From positions 8,910 through 72,909 of the forward strand of contig DATLGL010000014.1 of assembly GCA_035540495.1 (NCBI GenBank): a stretch of 64,000 nt of DNA, written 5' to 3'. The notes beneath the pieces were generated by a model. The model searched no databases and was not told the DNA's origin. It was given only the letters and a program-made list of their open reading frames with translations. Position 1 is the stretch's first letter, and each line of letters opens with the position of its first letter. This DNA is from Acidimicrobiales bacterium (GTDB taxonomy: Bacteria; Actinomycetota; Acidimicrobiia; Acidimicrobiales; CADCTF01). Of this stretch, positions 36,663-46,221 are shown piece after piece. The translations under genes and the position numbers were made by a program.

Positions 36663-38519
36663 CTATGACCGCTGCGGGAGGTGGCGGGAGATCTCGATCT
36701 CGCTGACCTCGCCGGGGAGGCGCGTTCTCGGACGTCCACCCCAGAAGGCGGTGAGGAACTCGTCCTCGTCGCCCCACGTACCGGTCGTGTACTCGGCGGT
36801 GGTCCAGGAGGTGCCGGTCCAGCTCGTGCCGGTCCAGGACGTGCCGGTCCACGACGTGCCCGTCCAGGACGTGCCGGTCCAGCTGGTGCCCGTCCAACTC
36901 GTGCCGGTCCAGGTGCCGCCGGTCCAGCTGGTGCCCGTCCAGCTCGTGCCAGTCCACGACGTGCCGGTCCAGCTGGTGCCGGTCCAGGAGGTGCCCGTCC
37001 AGCTGGTGCCGGTCCAGCTGGTGCCGGTCCAGCTCGTGCCGGTCCACGATGCCGGATCCCACGACTCGCACCGGTAGGTGATCTCACCCTTGATGACGTC
37101 GATGACGCCGTCGGGCTGGCAGTCGGTCTCGACGTTGCGGCCGCCGCGGCTCGCCTCGAGCGACCCGAGCCCGCCGGCCGTGACCGCCTGCACCGGCGCA
37201 GCGTCAGCCGAAGCCTGGAGCGCCGCTTCGAGACGCACCCGTCCGGAACCCTGCGCCGTGGAGCCGGTGTTCGCGATCGGGTTCGCCGTCGACCGGAGGA
37301 GGTGCTTGACCTGGTCGGGCGTCAGCTCCGGGCGCTGAGCGAGCATCAGGGCGACAAGGCCGGACGTGAGAGCCGACGCCTGCGACGAGCCGCTGCCCTT
37401 GATGTAGCTCGGGGAGATGAGCGCCTTGGGGTTGTCCTTCTCGACGGTCGACCCGAACGCGCGAGCGGCGATCAGCGTGCGGCCGGGGGCGACCACGTCG
37501 GGCTTGGCGACGCCCTGTGCCGTCGGGCCCCTCGAGCTCCAGCCGGGAACGTTGTCGTCGGCGGGATCGGTGTTCTGCTTGTCGTCGTAAGCGCCGACGG
37601 TGATCACGACGGGGTCGTCACCGGGCTTGGTGATCGTGCCTGACTGCGGGCCGCTGTTGCCTGCGGCCGTCACGACCACGATGCCCTGGCGCCAGAGCCG
37701 CTGCACCGCGTAGTTGAGCGGGTCGATGGCGGGGTCCTGCTTCGAGGTGGTGCCCCACGAGAGGTTCAGGACCCGGATGTTGTACTGGTCCTTGTAGGCC
37801 GACACCCAGTGCATCGCCTGGAGCATCGTGGAGACGTCGGTGACGCCGTTGCGGCCTGCGGCCTTCACCGACACCAGGTGGGCCTTCGGTGCGACGCCGG
37901 TGTAGCCGGAGCTGCCCGTCGATCCGTTTGCGCTGTCGGCACCGCTGCCGCCGACGATGCCGGCCATGACCGTGCCGTGGCCGAACGAGTCGATCGTGGT
38001 GCCCTCACCAGAGAGGTCGGGACCGTGGACGACGCGACCGGCGAAGTCGTTCATGCCGGCGATGCCGGTGTCGATGATGGCGACGCCAACCCCCTGGCCG
38101 AGGTTGCCGGCAGCCCAGGCCGACGTGGCGCCGGACGAGCGGGCGAAGTTCGAGGCGGTTGTGGTCTCGTCGTAGCTGACGTTCTCGAACTCGACCTGAC
38201 GGTTGGGCGTGATGCTGACGATCGCATCGCTGGCGACGGTGGCGCCGGCGGGGAGCTCGGCCTCGAAGCCGTTGATCAGGGCGAGCGCTTCGCCGACCGA
38301 CCCGCCGGCGTCCTCCACTGCCTCGGCCGCTCGGGCCGCGCCGCCGGGAACTGCCTGCACGATGACCGACCCCGTGGCGTGCCCTTCGGCGGCGGGTGCG
38401 GGCGCCGCTGCAGCGGGTGCCGCCTCGACCTTCGGCGCGGCGGCGACGAGCCCAGCGACCAGGAGTGCGGCGATCAGTGCAGCGAGCGGGCGCGTACGAG
38501 CCCAGCTGATTCCATTCAC
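36663..38519 (-). CDS. Secreted S8 subtilase with C-terminal (S)WTG(T) repeat tail
   Basis: Signal peptide and propeptide; IIDTG, GHGTVMAG, AAGNSG, GSSQA catalytic motifs; 17 WT repeats. Confidence 0.92.
   Translation of the reverse strand: MNGISWARTRPLAALIAALLVAGLVAAAPKVEAAPAAAAPAPAAEGHATGSVIVQAVPGGAARAAEAVEDAGGSVGEALALINGFEAELPAGATVASDAIVSITPNRQVEFENVSYDETTTASNFARSSGATSAWAAGNLGQGVGVAIIDTGIAGMNDFAGRVVHGPDLSGEGTTIDSFGHGTVMAGIVGGSGADSANGSTGSSGYTGVAPKAHLVSVKAAGRNGVTDVSTMLQAMHWVSAYKDQYNIRVLNLSWGTTSKQDPAIDPLNYAVQRLWRQGIVVVTAAGNSGPQSGTITKPGDDPVVITVGAYDDKQNTDPADDNVPGWSSRGPTAQGVAKPDVVAPGRTLIAARAFGSTVEKDNPKALISPSYIKGSGSSQASALTSGLVALMLAQRPELTPDQVKHLLRSTANPIANTGSTAQGSGRVRLEAALQASADAAPVQAVTAGGLGSLEASRGGRNVETDCQPDGVIDVIKGEITYRCESWDPASWTGTSWTGTSWTGTSWTGTSWTGTSWTGTSWTGTSWTGTSWTGGTWTGTSWTGTSWTGTSWTGTSWTGTSWTGTSWTGTSWTTAEYTTGTWGDEDEFLTAFWGGRPRTRLPGEVSEIEISRHLPQRS
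36801..37049 (-). repeat. 15-bp coding tandem array, 17 units (SWTGT)
   Basis: gtcca recurs every 15 bp from 36802 to 37042; synonymous codons vary. Confidence 0.95.
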
Positions 38520-38812
38520 GTGTCGAAACCCCATCCCTGTTCGGAACCACGAACCGTGAAGCTCCCACCGCTCCACGCAGCCAGTGTGTGCGTTGGGCCG
38601 GGAACGCACCATGGCCCTTCGGCAGGGTTTCGGCGCCCTACTCCGGACTAGTTCGCAGGACGCGAAAGGGACGTTGCCGCTGCCGTTCTCGCTGCTCTGT
38701 ACGTGTTGCTGCCCATTTCGCCCGCGACGCGGACGGTGACAGCGGCTCAGGCGCTCTCGGTGGTGTCGGCGGAACGTTGCATGACCTTGAGCCGGAGCGT
38801 CATCGCACGCGT

Positions 38813-38865
38813 CCACTTCCCAGCGACAAGCGACAACCGCCTTGTCGCTTGTCGCTCACAAGTGG
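38813..38865. repeat. Intergenic inverted repeat
   Basis: AGCGACAAGCGACAA-ccgcc-TTGTCGCTTGTCGCT perfect 15-bp stem with outer CCACTT/AAGTGG. Confidence 0.85.
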
Positions 38866-38893
38866 GCACTTCTTCTTGAAGCAACGAGATGAC

Positions 38894-39511
38894 ATGTCGT
38901 ACCGTCTGACGCTGATGCGCCGCGGCATGGGGATCGCGCTCGCGCTGACGCTGTTGCTGACGACGGCGTGCAGTGATCGGGACCAGTCAGCCGCGCCCCG
39001 AGCGACGGTCCCACCGGCCACGTCGACCACCACCATGGCCGCCCCCGCCGACCCCTACGCCATCCCCGAAACGATCGACATCGCCTACGTCCAGCGCGTC
39101 ATCGACAAGCTCTACGAGATCGACGGCGACGCGACGCGCATCATCGCCGCGCGCCAGGAACTCGTTCCCGAAGCAGCACGAATCCTCCAAGCGATCTACC
39201 TGCCCGACGAGTTGAACCGGCAGCTGAAGCTTTGGGGAGACGCTGTCGCGCAGGGCCTCGAGCCGCTGAAGGACCCGCCCGGAAACATCGCTGCGACTAT
39301 CACCCAACTCATCGTGACGGACAAGAGCTGTATCAGCTTCCGCGCCGAACGAGATTTTCGGGACGTACTCGATGCGCCCCCAGCGCCGCGAACGAACACC
39401 ATCGTGCTCAAGCCGAAGGCACAGCAACAAGACCCGGCACACATCAACCCGACGCCGTTCATGATCGATGAGCAGTTCGTAAACGACCCGACAGCGCAAC
39501 CGTGTCCCTAG
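38894..39511 (+). CDS. Lipoprotein of unknown function
   Basis: Lipobox LTTAC; Thr/Pro linker. Confidence 0.75.
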   Translation: MSYRLTLMRRGMGIALALTLLLTTACSDRDQSAAPRATVPPATSTTTMAAPADPYAIPETIDIAYVQRVIDKLYEIDGDATRIIAARQELVPEAARILQAIYLPDELNRQLKLWGDAVAQGLEPLKDPPGNIAATITQLIVTDKSCISFRAERDFRDVLDAPPAPRTNTIVLKPKAQQQDPAHINPTPFMIDEQFVNDPTAQPCP

Positions 39512-40299
39512 CAGCCCGGATCGCTCTGCTGCTGGCCGCGTTCATCGGCACTCCAGCAGCCGCGCGGGCGGCCGAGCAACGCTGCGTGGAGAGTCGATTC
39601 AGCGAGCTTGTTTGCACGATCATCGAAGTCGGCGGCTCTGAGTCCAGTGCTGCGCCGGCGCGAGCGACACGGGCCGCTACGCCGCGCGAGAACATCATCT
39701 TGTGGCCGGTGCTCGTCTACCGAGATGGCGTCGGCATGTGCCTTGCGTTCCAGCGTGAGGTGTTCGAAGGGGCCAACAGCACCGTGCGGGCGAGAGACGC
39801 CGAGTTCCGCACGCTCGAGATGATCGCCTTGTACGACATGTGTCCTGGCGTGGAACGTCCGTCGCCGTCGCCCGCAGCAGTAGCGCGCCAGGTGGTCGAG
39901 GAGTTCCTCCCGCCCCCGCCGCAGCCGGAGATCGACCCCGGTTACGCGATCACCGGCAAGCCGGCGTACCTCGAGACCAACGGCAACCTGGCGCCGGGGC
40001 AGCAGCGGCGGGCGACGGTCCTCGGCGACATCGAGGTGCGGTTCCGCGGAACCTACGTCGTCGACTGGGGCGACGGCACCGCGCCCGAGGAGTTCACGGT
40101 CGAGGGCGAGCCTTGGCCCAACGGCCGGATCACCCACGTCTACCAACGAGTGGGGCGGTACGACGTGGTCGTCACCGCGAGGTGGGTCGCCGAGTGGAGG
40201 ATCGGTTCGACGTCGGGGCGAATCGACGACAACCTGGCGAGCGTGGGACGCATCGAAGGCTTCGAGGTCCGCCAAATGCAGGCGGTACGCGACCGATGA
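39502..40299 (+). CDS. Secreted protein with PKD-like C-terminal domain
   Basis: Signal peptide; YVVDWGDGT..ITHVYQRVGRYDVVVTARW. Confidence 0.75.
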   Translation: MSLAARIALLLAAFIGTPAAARAAEQRCVESRFSELVCTIIEVGGSESSAAPARATRAATPRENIILWPVLVYRDGVGMCLAFQREVFEGANSTVRARDAEFRTLEMIALYDMCPGVERPSPSPAAVARQVVEEFLPPPPQPEIDPGYAITGKPAYLETNGNLAPGQQRRATVLGDIEVRFRGTYVVDWGDGTAPEEFTVEGEPWPNGRITHVYQRVGRYDVVVTARWVAEWRIGSTSGRIDDNLASVGRIEGFEVRQMQAVRDR

Positions 40300-40751
40300 A
40301 GACACCCACCACGGTGTGGCGCATCAGCCCCGAGCTCATCGCGGCGCTCGACGAGAAGTTCGGCGACCCCGTCGATGCCTACGTCAACGGATCGCAGACA
40401 TGGCTGATCGAAAACGGCCCGAACGAGACGACCCTCGAGTGGCGGCTGCACCCGGTGTCCGCGTACGAGCGCCCGAAGGGCATCGACACCTACGCCGTCT
40501 TCCGGAGCGCGGCTGACGGTCGCACCGAACCCGCGACGTTGTGGGACGGGCTCGAAGCGTTCCCCGCATACGACGACGAGATGACCGTCGAGCAGCTCCG
40601 AGCCTCGGTCGTCGAGGCGCTCGGCCTCGAGCCCGACGCATCGGGCGAGGTGGAGCACGACGCGATCGGCGACGAGTGGGAGTCGACGAGCGGTCGAATC
40701 AGCATCGTCGACCGGCTGTTCGATCAACTCCGCAGCAACACCCGCGAATAA
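40296..40751 (+). CDS. Hypothetical protein
   Basis: ATGA overlap; protein-like composition (FGDPVDAYVNGSQTWL, EWRLHP). Confidence 0.7.
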   Translation: MKTPTTVWRISPELIAALDEKFGDPVDAYVNGSQTWLIENGPNETTLEWRLHPVSAYERPKGIDTYAVFRSAADGRTEPATLWDGLEAFPAYDDEMTVEQLRASVVEALGLEPDASGEVEHDAIGDEWESTSGRISIVDRLFDQLRSNTRE

Positions 40752-40800
40752 CGCGGGCAACACGCGCAAGAAGCAGCGTCCGGCGACCGACAGCAGCGGC

Positions 40801-41007
40801 ATGGCCGACCGCATCGACATCCTCCTCGCCTCCGCGGTGGCGCAGCAGGAGCGCGACATGGTCCTCCGGGCACGCGTCGCGAGTGATCTCGTCGTCGGCG
40901 CGCCGCCTGCGCCTCCGTACTGGTACCGCCGTCCCCAGCGCGGCGAGCGCGTACGCCAGTGGGCGAAGGCGCAGCCAGAGGCGGTGACGGCGAATAGTCC
41001 ACGGTGA
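40801..41007 (+). CDS. Small hypothetical protein
   Basis: Fills the gap on the operon strand; no recognisable motif. Confidence 0.35.
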   Translation: MADRIDILLASAVAQQERDMVLRARVASDLVVGAPPAPPYWYRRPQRGERVRQWAKAQPEAVTANSPR

Positions 41008-41064
41008 CTATTAGGACCCCCGGTGACATGCGCCGATACCGCTGAGGTGAGCCCGGCGGTCCGG

Positions 41065-42594
41065 ATGGAGTCCGACCCCACCCCTGCCCCCATCATTCCT
41101 GTCGATCGGGAAGAACTCGCCGCCGAGGCGCGCCTCGTCGGCCTGCGCGAATTCCACACGCCGACGCTCGAGGCCATCGAGAAGCGGCGGGTGCAGCTCT
41201 GGCTGCTCTCGATCGTGATCCTGCTCGGGGTGACGGCCATCGTCACCGCCGGCTCGCTCTTCCCCAGCCTGTTCGACGACCTCGGCGTCGGCGAGGCGTG
41301 GTTCACCGGAGGACAGTTCCGGGTCCTGATGCTCACGCTGACGATCGGTTTCAGCGCGTACGTCTTTGAGAAGGAACGTCACCTCCGCCGCCTCACCAGG
41401 CTGCTCGTCGACGAGCGCGTCCTGAGCGCGGCGTTGAGCAACCGGCTGGCCGAGGTCACTGCGCTGCTCGAGGCGGGCAAGGCGATCAACTCCGTCCTCG
41501 AGATCGACGCCGTCCTCCACATCATCCTGAACAGCGCGACGAGCCTCCTCGGCGCGTCGGCCGGTTCGATCATGCTGAGCGATCCGGACGCCGAGACGCT
41601 GCGAGCCGTGTGCGTCCACGGCAACGACGCCGCGCTCGACGCGGTGGTCCGCTACGACGAGGGCATCGCCGGACGTGTCGCCCGTAGCTGGGAACCGCTC
41701 CTCATCACGGGCAACCTCGGCGGTCGGGCGAAGCCGATCGAGTCGGCGATGTGCGTCCCCCTGCTCCACCGCGGCCACTTCCTCGGCGTCCTCAACCTCA
41801 ACGGATCCTCGAACCGCTCGTTCACCGAGTACGACCTCCGAGCGCTGAGCCTGTTCGCCGAGCAGGCCGCGGCGGCCATCGCCAACGCCCGTCTGTACGA
41901 GATCGAGCGTCAGCACGTCGCCGAGCTCGTCGAGTCGGAGATGCGCAAGAGCGAGTTCCTCGCGGCCGTGTCGCACGACCTCCGCACGCCGCTCACGTCG
42001 TTGAACGGGTGCACGAAGATGCTGCAGCGGAACGACCTCACGCAGGGCCAGCGCGACGAGCTGACCGAGATGATCGGTCGCCAGTCGGCCCGCCTCTCGC
42101 AGATGGTCGAGAGCCTTCTCATGGCGGCGCGCCTCGAGCACGAGAACCCTCCGGAGCTCGAAGCCGTCGACGTCGCTGCCCTCACCCGCGAGCTGGCGAA
42201 TGAGTACCACCTCGGCGCCCGCCCCTTCACCGTTGTCGCTCCCCCGACGCTCGTGGTCCTCGGACGAACCGACGGCCTGCGCCGCGTACTGACCAACCTG
42301 CTCGACAACGCCTTCAAGCACGGATCGTCCCCGGTGAGCGTGACCATCGAGGCGGTCGAAGGCGAGGTCGCGGTGGCGGTGCGCGACAGCGGCCCCGGCA
42401 TTCGTCCGGAGGACCGCGAGCGCGTGTTCGAACGCTTCACCCGCCTCGACGCCAACCGCCAGATCCCTGGGATCGGGCTCGGCCTGTCGATCGTCCAGGG
42501 GATCGTCGTCGGCTACGGCGGCAAGGTCTGGATCGAAGACCCGGACGACGGCGGCCCAGGCACCGTCATGGTCATCCGCCTGCAGGCGGCGTAG
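41065..42594 (+). CDS. Sensor histidine kinase (2 TM + GAF + HisKA + HATPase)
   Basis: VSHDLRTPLT H-box, NLLDNAFK, DSGPGI, FERF, GIGLGL. Confidence 0.92.
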   Translation: MESDPTPAPIIPVDREELAAEARLVGLREFHTPTLEAIEKRRVQLWLLSIVILLGVTAIVTAGSLFPSLFDDLGVGEAWFTGGQFRVLMLTLTIGFSAYVFEKERHLRRLTRLLVDERVLSAALSNRLAEVTALLEAGKAINSVLEIDAVLHIILNSATSLLGASAGSIMLSDPDAETLRAVCVHGNDAALDAVVRYDEGIAGRVARSWEPLLITGNLGGRAKPIESAMCVPLLHRGHFLGVLNLNGSSNRSFTEYDLRALSLFAEQAAAAIANARLYEIERQHVAELVESEMRKSEFLAAVSHDLRTPLTSLNGCTKMLQRNDLTQGQRDELTEMIGRQSARLSQMVESLLMAARLEHENPPELEAVDVAALTRELANEYHLGARPFTVVAPPTLVVLGRTDGLRRVLTNLLDNAFKHGSSPVSVTIEAVEGEVAVAVRDSGPGIRPEDRERVFERFTRLDANRQIPGIGLGLSIVQGIVVGYGGKVWIEDPDDGGPGTVMVIRLQAA

Positions 42595-42619
42595 CTCAGT
42601 TCAACGAGCGGCCGTTGCG

Positions 42620-43342
42620 TTACCCCGCGCCCGCGGGACCGTCGCGCCACACGTCTGGACGAGGTGCGTCGAACGCGACGTCGATCGGTTCGCCTCGGAT
42701 GGCGGCGAACGCGTTCGGCCCCCAACGCTCCCATCCGGCGAGCGGCGCCGGCAGCGCGTCCTCCGCGAACCAGCCGACATCGGCCGTTTCGAGCTCATGG
42801 CCCTTGAGCTCGCCGCCCGTCTTCCGGCAGTGGAAGACGAGCGAGTAGAGCGGGACGCTCGTGAACCCGAGGCGCAGCCCGTCGAGGACCGCGATCAACC
42901 GCACGGGCTCGCACTCGATGCCTGTCTCCTCGAGCACCTCCTTCACCGCCACCTCGCTGGCCGAGTAGCCGATGTCGGCCCATCCGGTCGGATACAGCCA
43001 GATGCCGGAATCGGACCGCTTCACGAGGAGGATGCGCCCGTCGTCATCGCCTACCACCGCACCGACAGCGATCTTCGGCGTGACGTAGCCGGCGACGCCC
43101 GTGCCGACGATCTTGAGCCACTCCTCGACGAGCACCTCGCTCTCGAGCTCGTGTCCGGCGGCGACCCGCATGTCGGCCGCGACCTTCAGCACCTCTTCGT
43201 AGCGCTCACGCTCGTAGAGGTTCTCGGTGAAGCCGAGGCCCGTGCGCGCGATGCCGGCCAACGCCTCGCTCCAGCGCAGGAGGTCGTTGGCCGACACGGC
43301 CGGGCCATCACCAGCAGGGTCCCCGAGCGGCGCGTCGACCAT
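42620..43342 (-). CDS. NUDIX hydrolase with N-terminal YjhB-like domain
   Basis: IARTGLGFT..YERERY; GYVTPK; GWADIGYSASEVAVKEVLEETG Nudix box. Confidence 0.9.
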   Translation of the reverse strand: MVDAPLGDPAGDGPAVSANDLLRWSEALAGIARTGLGFTENLYERERYEEVLKVAADMRVAAGHELESEVLVEEWLKIVGTGVAGYVTPKIAVGAVVGDDDGRILLVKRSDSGIWLYPTGWADIGYSASEVAVKEVLEETGIECEPVRLIAVLDGLRLGFTSVPLYSLVFHCRKTGGELKGHELETADVGWFAEDALPAPLAGWERWGPNAFAAIRGEPIDVAFDAPRPDVWRDGPAGAG

Positions 43343-43358
43343 GGGCCGACGCTATTCG

Positions 43359-44105
<747 letters not shown>

Positions 44106-44273
44106 GGTTGAACTATCGACCCTGCTTGGTTGTCGTATTGAGACGCATTCGTGACAGGTAGCCGGGAGTGACCAGTTGTCATGGTCCGGCGGGGTGACCG
44201 TATGGGGAGCCTGTGTCGCTATTTCCGATTTGGGTCTGTCGTGTTGACCGTTCGTTGATGTTCCGTTCCTCCT

Positions 44274-44651
44274 ATGGCTGGGGGGAAGTGGCGGGTGCTG
44301 GTCGTGGACGACGAACCCGACCTGCGGGAGCTCATCGCGCTGACGTTGTCGCTCGACGACCGTCTCGAGGTGGCCGGCGTCGCGTCGTCAGGCGAGGACG
44401 CCCTGTCGTTCGTGTCGTCGCCCTCTGGTCTGGTCGACCTCGTTGTGCTCGATCACTGGCTCGGCGGGGCGCTCACCGGAACGCAGGTCGCTGCCGAATT
44501 GCGCGCTCGTTGGCCAGGCGTGCGGGTGCTGTTGTTCACCGCGGTCGACGACGTGGATGTGGATCTGACGGCTGCCTCCGTCGACGCTGTGCTCGCCAAG
44601 CCCGAGTTGGTCCGATTGCCCGACGTGGCCTTGGGCGTGATGTCCGACTAG
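44274..44651 (+). CDS. Stand-alone receiver domain protein
   Basis: VLVVDDE, VVLDH, LFTA, LAKP. Confidence 0.8.
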   Translation: MAGGKWRVLVVDDEPDLRELIALTLSLDDRLEVAGVASSGEDALSFVSSPSGLVDLVVLDHWLGGALTGTQVAAELRARWPGVRVLLFTAVDDVDVDLTAASVDAVLAKPELVRLPDVALGVMSD

Positions 44652-44723
44652 GGCTGTCATAGCCCGAAGATCCCCGTCAAGGACGGTCGGAGGTAGCCCG
44701 ATGACCATTGACAGAACCACATC

Positions 44724-44800
44724 AGCGACAAAGGCAAAGCCGGCGGGAACCGGTGACGCAAAGCCACGGGGCCAGAACGGCCAGCCGGGCTACCGAACGA
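44724..44800 (+). promoter_or_regulatory. c-di-GMP-I (GEMM) riboswitch
   Basis: AAAGGCAAA-GCCGG..CCGGT-GACGCAAAGCC..GGCC/GGCC-AGCCGGGCTACCGAA matches the GEMM consensus; lies in a 5' UTR. Confidence 0.88.
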
Positions 44801-44878
44801 TGTAGGGGTCTGGAGGGGCCCCGTTCCTTGTCCTGAAGCGGTTCTCGCACATCGGACCTGGAGGGACGAGGAGAACCA

Positions 44879-46210
44879 ATGCGACTTCGAGTTGCAGTCA
44901 TCGCCGCAATCGTCGGGCTGTCGTCGGTGGTCGGGCTGTCGTCGGTGGTCGGGCTAGCCATCGCGCCCGCGAGTGCGAACACCGGATCGATCTCCGGGGT
45001 CGTGTTTGACGACACGAACCGTAATGGCGTCCGTGACACAGGCGAGGCTCCCATCGCGAACGTCCAGATCTGGTTGTACCGCGGCGAGACGCCGATCGAA
45101 GGGACCGCGACCGCGGCGGATGGCAGCTACGTCTTCTCGAACCGTTCGGCTGACACCTACGGAGTTGAGATCCCCGACGTCTCGTGGCGGCCGATGGAGA
45201 TGGATTGGGTGCCGACGACCACGGGCGACGTCAAGCCCTTCCGTACGGTGACGGCGCCGACAACCACCGCGAACTTCGGCTTGCGGCGGATCGTCCGTAG
45301 CACGGACCCGTCGTCGCCGGTGTCGGCCTACACCGGCCCATCTGGTCTCCAGGTCCGGAGCTTCAACGACGTGTTCTCGGCCCACGAACTGCACGACCTC
45401 CTCGCCAGCACCGGTGTCGTCGGTAGCGAGTCGGCAACCACGATCGTGCACTTCGACTACGGCTCCGCAAACGTGACCTTCACCTCGCTAAACGGCGCAC
45501 CTGGTTCCTACGTCGGGGCCGCCTCGGACGCGTACGTGACCTGGCGGAGTTGGCTCGACGCCCGCGACGCGACCTTGTTCCACGAGTTCGGCCACGCATG
45601 GACGAAGTACTACGCCTATCTCGCCCTGCAGGACCCGTCACTGCAGGACTACCTCGCACTGCGAGGCATCGCAGGAGACCCGCGGCTCGACACCTCCCAC
45701 GCGTGGGACCGTTGGGAGCTGCTCGCGGAGGACTTCCGCCAGCTGTTCGGTTCACCGACCGCTCGTGCTGCGCAGCAGGAGAACGCCGACCTTCCCGCCG
45801 CAGCCGTGGTGCCGGGTCTGCGCGAGTACCTGCTGGGTGCGTTCCGAACCGGAGGCTCGCAGAGCTCGTCGGATCCGGCGGAACAGCCGGTGGCGGACCC
45901 TGGCCCGGAACCGGCTTTGCTCGAGGTGTCGAGCGTCGCCGTGTCACCGACACCGGTGAAGTCCACGGGCACGGTTGCCTTCACTGTGTCGAAGTCGGCG
46001 ACCGTCAGCGTGACGATCCGGAGCTCGGCCGGCTCGGTGGTCAAGGAGCTGGTGGTCGATCGACCGACGGAGGCGGGCACCTCATCGGTCGCGTGGGATC
46101 GCACTGACGCGGCGCGCAAGCGGGTGAAGCCGGGCACTTATCGCGCCGAGGTCGTGGCCACCGACTCGGCATCGCGAGTGGTGGCCACAACCTCCTTCAG
46201 CGTGAGTTGA
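44879..46210 (+). CDS. Secreted protein: SdrD B-like domain + HExxH zincin-like domain + FlgD-type Ig domain
   Basis: GSISGVVFDDTNRNGVRDTGE; LFHEFGHAW..ELLAEDF; VAWDRTD..VKPGTY. Confidence 0.8.
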   Translation: MRLRVAVIAAIVGLSSVVGLSSVVGLAIAPASANTGSISGVVFDDTNRNGVRDTGEAPIANVQIWLYRGETPIEGTATAADGSYVFSNRSADTYGVEIPDVSWRPMEMDWVPTTTGDVKPFRTVTAPTTTANFGLRRIVRSTDPSSPVSAYTGPSGLQVRSFNDVFSAHELHDLLASTGVVGSESATTIVHFDYGSANVTFTSLNGAPGSYVGAASDAYVTWRSWLDARDATLFHEFGHAWTKYYAYLALQDPSLQDYLALRGIAGDPRLDTSHAWDRWELLAEDFRQLFGSPTARAAQQENADLPAAAVVPGLREYLLGAFRTGGSQSSSDPAEQPVADPGPEPALLEVSSVAVSPTPVKSTGTVAFTVSKSATVSVTIRSSAGSVVKELVVDRPTEAGTSSVAWDRTDAARKRVKPGTYRAEVVATDSASRVVATTSFSVS

Positions 46211-46221
46211 GGCTCAGCGCG

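Noticed and set aside
34575-36668. 697-aa plus-strand ORF
   Set aside because: Antisense shadow of the GGDEF-EAL gene; no motifs
36801-37049. 15-bp tandem array as a CRISPR array or non-coding VNTR; also the antisense VPVQL-repeat ORF 36544-37077
   Set aside because: No spacers or cas genes; variation is synonymous in the S8 frame (Trp invariant), so the other frames are shadows
38520-38700. A third c-di-GMP or SAM riboswitch upstream of the S8 gene
   Set aside because: I could not match the conserved cores of any riboswitch class by eye
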